A stretch of 53,238 nt of DNA, counting the filler, from Sphacelaria rigidula (Eukaryota), in the NCBI GenBank assembly GCA_964200075.2. It is 4 parts of 4 records of this genome, joined end to end, with 100 filler letters (N's around TTAATTAATTAA, not from the genome) between each part and the next. Parts side by side here need not be neighbours in the genome. Positions count along the whole stretch, not along the records: positions 40,005 to 53,238 come from CAXNAA020003043.1; 3 more parts are not named here. One strand, written 5' to 3'. Both the position numbers and the translations under genes were made by a program. Positions 49,586 to 53,238 of this stretch are shown here, piece after piece (within the stretch, counting starts at the first letter, position 1; every line of letters begins with the position of its first letter). The notes below the pieces were generated by a model. That model was given only the letters and a program-made list of their open reading frames with translations, did no database searches and was not told the DNA's origin.

Positions 49586-50539
49586 GTGAAAGCATGTTTC
49601 CACTTGATTCCCCCTCCGATTCTTACGGAAGCCCCTGGATCTGATGGAACCAGCGTCCGTGACCGAATATGGAACAGTTTCCTGTCCACACTATCATGTG
49701 CTTTATTTTTGCGGTTGAAATGTTGAGGCTGACAAAGAAATGAATTAAAACATGCTGGAGCCACTAAACTAACAGTTCACGTAGCACTCATCGAGGACCC
49801 GACAAGCGCCACGAAGCTGTGGCCAAGGCCACAGTCACTGGTCGACCCCAATCACAGCTTACCCGTCAGGAGGGTAGATATGTTTGGTTCCAGCTGCGCC
49901 ACAAGTTGTGCAGGCAAACGACGCTGGTTGTTGTATTTACTGTTCTGTACTCTCTGAGTTGACACCCAACGTGTTCCTTGTACACACACTGATTCTCGTA
50001 CGACACAAGGCTGGGTTGCATCCGGTTACCATTTGGCGGTCTACAGCTATGATCGCGAGTAGATAGTGCGGTGTGTGTCCCGTGTGCACGGTGTGCATGC
50101 TGTGTCAGGTTTTTGCTACATATATATATATACACACATATATATATTTTCGTTTTCTTCGCGTGCGCAACAGCCTTTTGCCGGAACATTTTCCGCCCTT
50201 TTTTTTTCAGCACTTTTGAACTCCCGCCTCCTACAAATTTCCCGCAATGCCGCCCTGTCGGTGCTCTGAGTGAACGTTCGCCTCCCGCGTGCTTTGTATT
50301 TTCCTCGGTTCCAACGCGTGATCCACAGCTTTCGCAATAAGTCACTCACGAGATCTTATTTTTTTCAACGCATGTATTCTTTTTGTTTTTGTTTTCACAG
50401 GTTCGTCTTTGTAGGTTCAGCGCTTGTTGACTCTTGTCGCGTTTGTTGTTCGCTATTTGTTCTGGTGTCCCTGCGTCTCGATTCCAACGCAGCTGGTATT
50501 TATCACCCGCCGCCTTTCAGTCCCATCTGCGGGTTTACT

Positions 50540-50745
50540 CAACCCTCAGACCGCGGTCGGGGTAGTCCATCCGCATCATGCATACTTGTTTCAAGTGATA
50601 ATTGATGCCGATTCAGCAGGTGACCTATTCTCGCGGTCAAAAAGTTAACCCTTAGACTGCCAACGTAGTCCATCTGGACTATGCACCCTTTTTTCAAATG
50701 AAATTGATGCCGATTAAAGAGATGATCTACTCTCCCTGTCCAAGG
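50540..50745. mobile_element. Two tandem piggyBac-like MITEs joined at TTAA (~50645)
   Basis: CCCTCAGACCGCG...CGCGGTCAAAAG TTAA CCCTTAGAC...; both units contain TGATGCCGATT. Confidence 0.7.
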
Positions 50746-51493
50746 GATGAGATTTACGAAACCGCCAGGGGGACAGTTCACCTTGTGCGCTCATGAGGAC
50801 ACGTTTCGGCAACTGGTCTGTGATCCAAGCTATTTTGTTGCTGCCAGGCGTTTGAAGAGGCAAACCCCGGGCAATCGGTACCGTCGAACGACGAATGCGC
50901 GAGTAAGACATTTGCATTTGTTGGTGGTGGTGGTGGTGGTGTTTTTTTTTTTCTTTTTTGATATCGCTGCCCCCTTTCTTTCCTTTCCTTTCTGAGGCCG
51001 TTACTTCTGTCTTTTTCTGTTCCTTTCTTCTTTTTTCTATTGTTATGATTCTGTTCTGTTTTTGCTGCTCCTGACTACGGGCTGGATTGTTGCAATCAGC
51101 TAATGGGAGATAATCAATCAATCAATCAATGAAAGGAAACGATCGCTTTCAATGCCAGCGGATAACTCCCCGCATTCATGCAATGTGCTTTATGACAAGA
51201 ACGTGTTGAGATTTGTTTTTTTACACATCGCACCTCAACATGTGACAGTGACGCTGCAGCGCCGAATACCGCCACGACCACCCCGGAGAGCGATATCGTG
51301 TCATCATATCATCCCATATGCATATGTGGTGAAGGGCAGTCATTGTACGTGCGGTGAGGGGCCGACCGGGGGCCAATCAAGCAGCGACCCAGATTCGGAC
51401 AGTGCTCACTTTCGGATCGGGTAAACGGAAACGCATGACCCAGTGAAAAATAAGTCGTGTACGTTTCCAACAAGCGTTAGACCGCGAGAGTAA

Positions 51494-51595
51494 CCCTTAG
51501 ACCGCGGGGTGGGCAGCCCATCTGGATCACGCATACTTTTTTCAAGTGAATACTGATGCCGATTCAGCAAGTGACCTACCCTCGCGGTCTAAGGG
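51494..51595. mobile_element. piggyBac-like MITE
   Basis: (G)TAA|CCCTTAGACCGCGGGGT...ACCCTCGCGGTCTAAGGG|TTAA. Confidence 0.85.
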
Positions 51596-51609
51596 TTAAA
51601 ACGTCATAA

Positions 51610-51794
51610 CCCTTCTGGGACCCTCTACCCCACAATCGTATTTTAGCGGCAGGTGTTCGTTGGTTCTGTTTTCAAGTCAAGATGATGCCGATTCATGATA
51701 AGGCCCCTGCATGATGGCATCATCTTGACTTGAGAACAGCACAAGAGAACGCCTGCCGCTGAAACACGATTGTGGGGTAGAGGGTCCCAAAAGG
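51610..51794. mobile_element. Hairpin MITE of the GATGCCGATT superfamily
   Basis: CCTTCTGGGACCCTCTACCCCACAATCG / CGATTGTGGGGTAGAGGGTCCCAAAAGG; ~80-bp arms. Confidence 0.8.
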
Positions 51795-51816
51795 ACTGGC
51801 GTACATATGTAAATGG

Positions 51817-52145
51817 CCGGTCGCCCCGGTGGCTCGGTTGGTAACCTCAAAACATTCTGTCGGTTGGGTCGTTGGTTCGAATCTCGGAGCGATGTGGGAT
51901 TTTTTGCCACACCATGCCCAACAGTGGAGAGCGACTATGTCGTGGGTACACAAAATTCGACCCGATTGGGAAAAGGGAGTGCTGAACCCTAAAGGCAAGC
52001 ACCGCAGAAGGAAGGTGGAGTACTCAAAACAACCAAACAAGAAAAAACCTTCTGTGTTGACCCTCTTCCTGTGTGACCCCGACTGGTGCGCCCACATGTA
52101 CCGAAATGTGCAAACTGGCGTCCAATATAGATGGGACGATGACAC
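51817..52145 (+). mobile_element. Near full-length tRNA-derived SINE
   Basis: A box TGGCTCGGTTGG and B box GGTTCGAATC; conserved 3' body seen in three other copies; (TA)n tail. Confidence 0.8.
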
Positions 52146-52329
52146 AACTATATATACATATATATATGTATATTCGTTGAAAAGTTGTCATGGAAAATAG
52201 ACGAATGGTGGCCAGAGACGGCGAATCTGTCAGGGGCATAAGATATGTGGAAGGGTATGCGTAAAGTGTATGGAAGAAATTGTCTATGGGTTCCAAAAGG
52301 GTTTTATAAGCCTTATCCGGCGGTGCGGG

Positions 52330-52422
52330 TACGAGGTAGTGCATCTGGATCATGCAAACTTTTTTCAAGTGAGCATTGATGCCAATTCAGCTCGTGGCCT
52401 ACCCTCTCGGTCAAAGGGTTAA
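52330..52422. mobile_element. piggyBac-like MITE, 5'-degenerate
   Basis: CATCTGGATCATGCA...TTTTCAAGTGA...CTACCCTCTCGGTCAAAGGG|TTAA. Confidence 0.7.
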
Positions 52423-53238
52423 GGCAAGTAAATGTGAGTAACAGCGCCCCCGGCCCCCGGCGGTCCTTCACCGAAGGCGGCGTGGGACGGCCGGCTAATG
52501 CGCACCTCGCNNNNNNNNNNAAACTAAATTTCAATCCCCCCCCCCCCCTCCGGGAACAATGGACAGACGACTAACGCAAACAACAAATGAGTATGCCCCC
52601 CCCCCCCCCCCCCACCTCCCTTCCGTTCTCGGGACGAGTCCGACGTCTCCAAGAGGTTAACCCACACCTCCGCCAGTAGCAACCTCACACTTCAGTGTGA
52701 CCCGACCATGGGATTGGCACCCCCGCAGCCGCACGACCACCATCGAATTCCGGTGCTAACTAACTCTCTTTGAGTATTTCCTCCGGCGACGGAGCGAGAA
52801 AGCGAACTCCACAGTCGGGATTCGAACCCCCCAAATGTACCCAGCAATGGTGTAGGTTCTCCCCAAGGGCGCGGCGAATCACAGCACAGTACACAACACA
52901 AAACAGTAAAAGTATGCTGTGGTAGTAGTGTCCCGTCGGCATACGATGCCCAGCTGTCGCCAGCTACAGGGAAGCGGTGCAGTAGTGTACTGTAGGGCTG
53001 TGCTATACAGGCCTGCAGTACGACGATACGCGACGCGCCACAGTAGTCAGCGTCAGAAGTATGCAGGATCCGTAATTTTTTCAAAGATTGTCGGAATTTG
53101 TTTTGCTTGCCATCGCTCATCACGGTTACTGTTGGATGCAAAAAAATGGGCATCCGGAGATATCTGAATCCTCTTGACAACTATTGAAAGAAAAAGCATC
53201 TGCGATCAATATTCAGTGACTTACGGGCTTGACCGATC

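Noticed and set aside
51817-51895. Functional tRNA genes (also 6153-6220, 36421-36495 and ~52808-52880)
   Set aside because: A/B boxes are present, but no complete cloverleaf; better explained as SINE heads

Overview
Repeat-rich, intron-containing eukaryotic DNA, most likely from a brown alga (inferred from gene style and an ankyrin C-terminal motif). It is not one locus. Four contigs of 13236, 13234, 13234 and 13234 bp are joined by 100-bp N/TTAATTAATTAA/N linkers, so adjacency across 13237-13336, 26571-26670 and 39905-40004 is probably artificial. Host genes: a complete 3-exon ankyrin-repeat gene (23074-26117, +), one heme oxygenase exon (38004-38342, +), three 5' exons of an RRP14/SURF6-like gene (44801-41330, -), and a divergent 3.2-kb exon of an RS/acidic low-complexity protein (46404-49585, +). 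The rest is mostly transposon-derived: a 1.8-kb foldback, a decayed PIF/Harbinger transposase split by nested elements, a TA-flanked CGAGCTGGGCCAGCCT-TIR family with large subterminal hairpins, TTAA MITEs, tRNA-derived SINEs and a LINE remnant. The most unusual feature is a TIR-bounded, CRISPR-like-looking array (15907-17506) of palindromic CAATATATATTG cores at a 42/43-bp period with non-repeating spacers. Two unrelated motifs in contig 1 show the same ~42-bp period.
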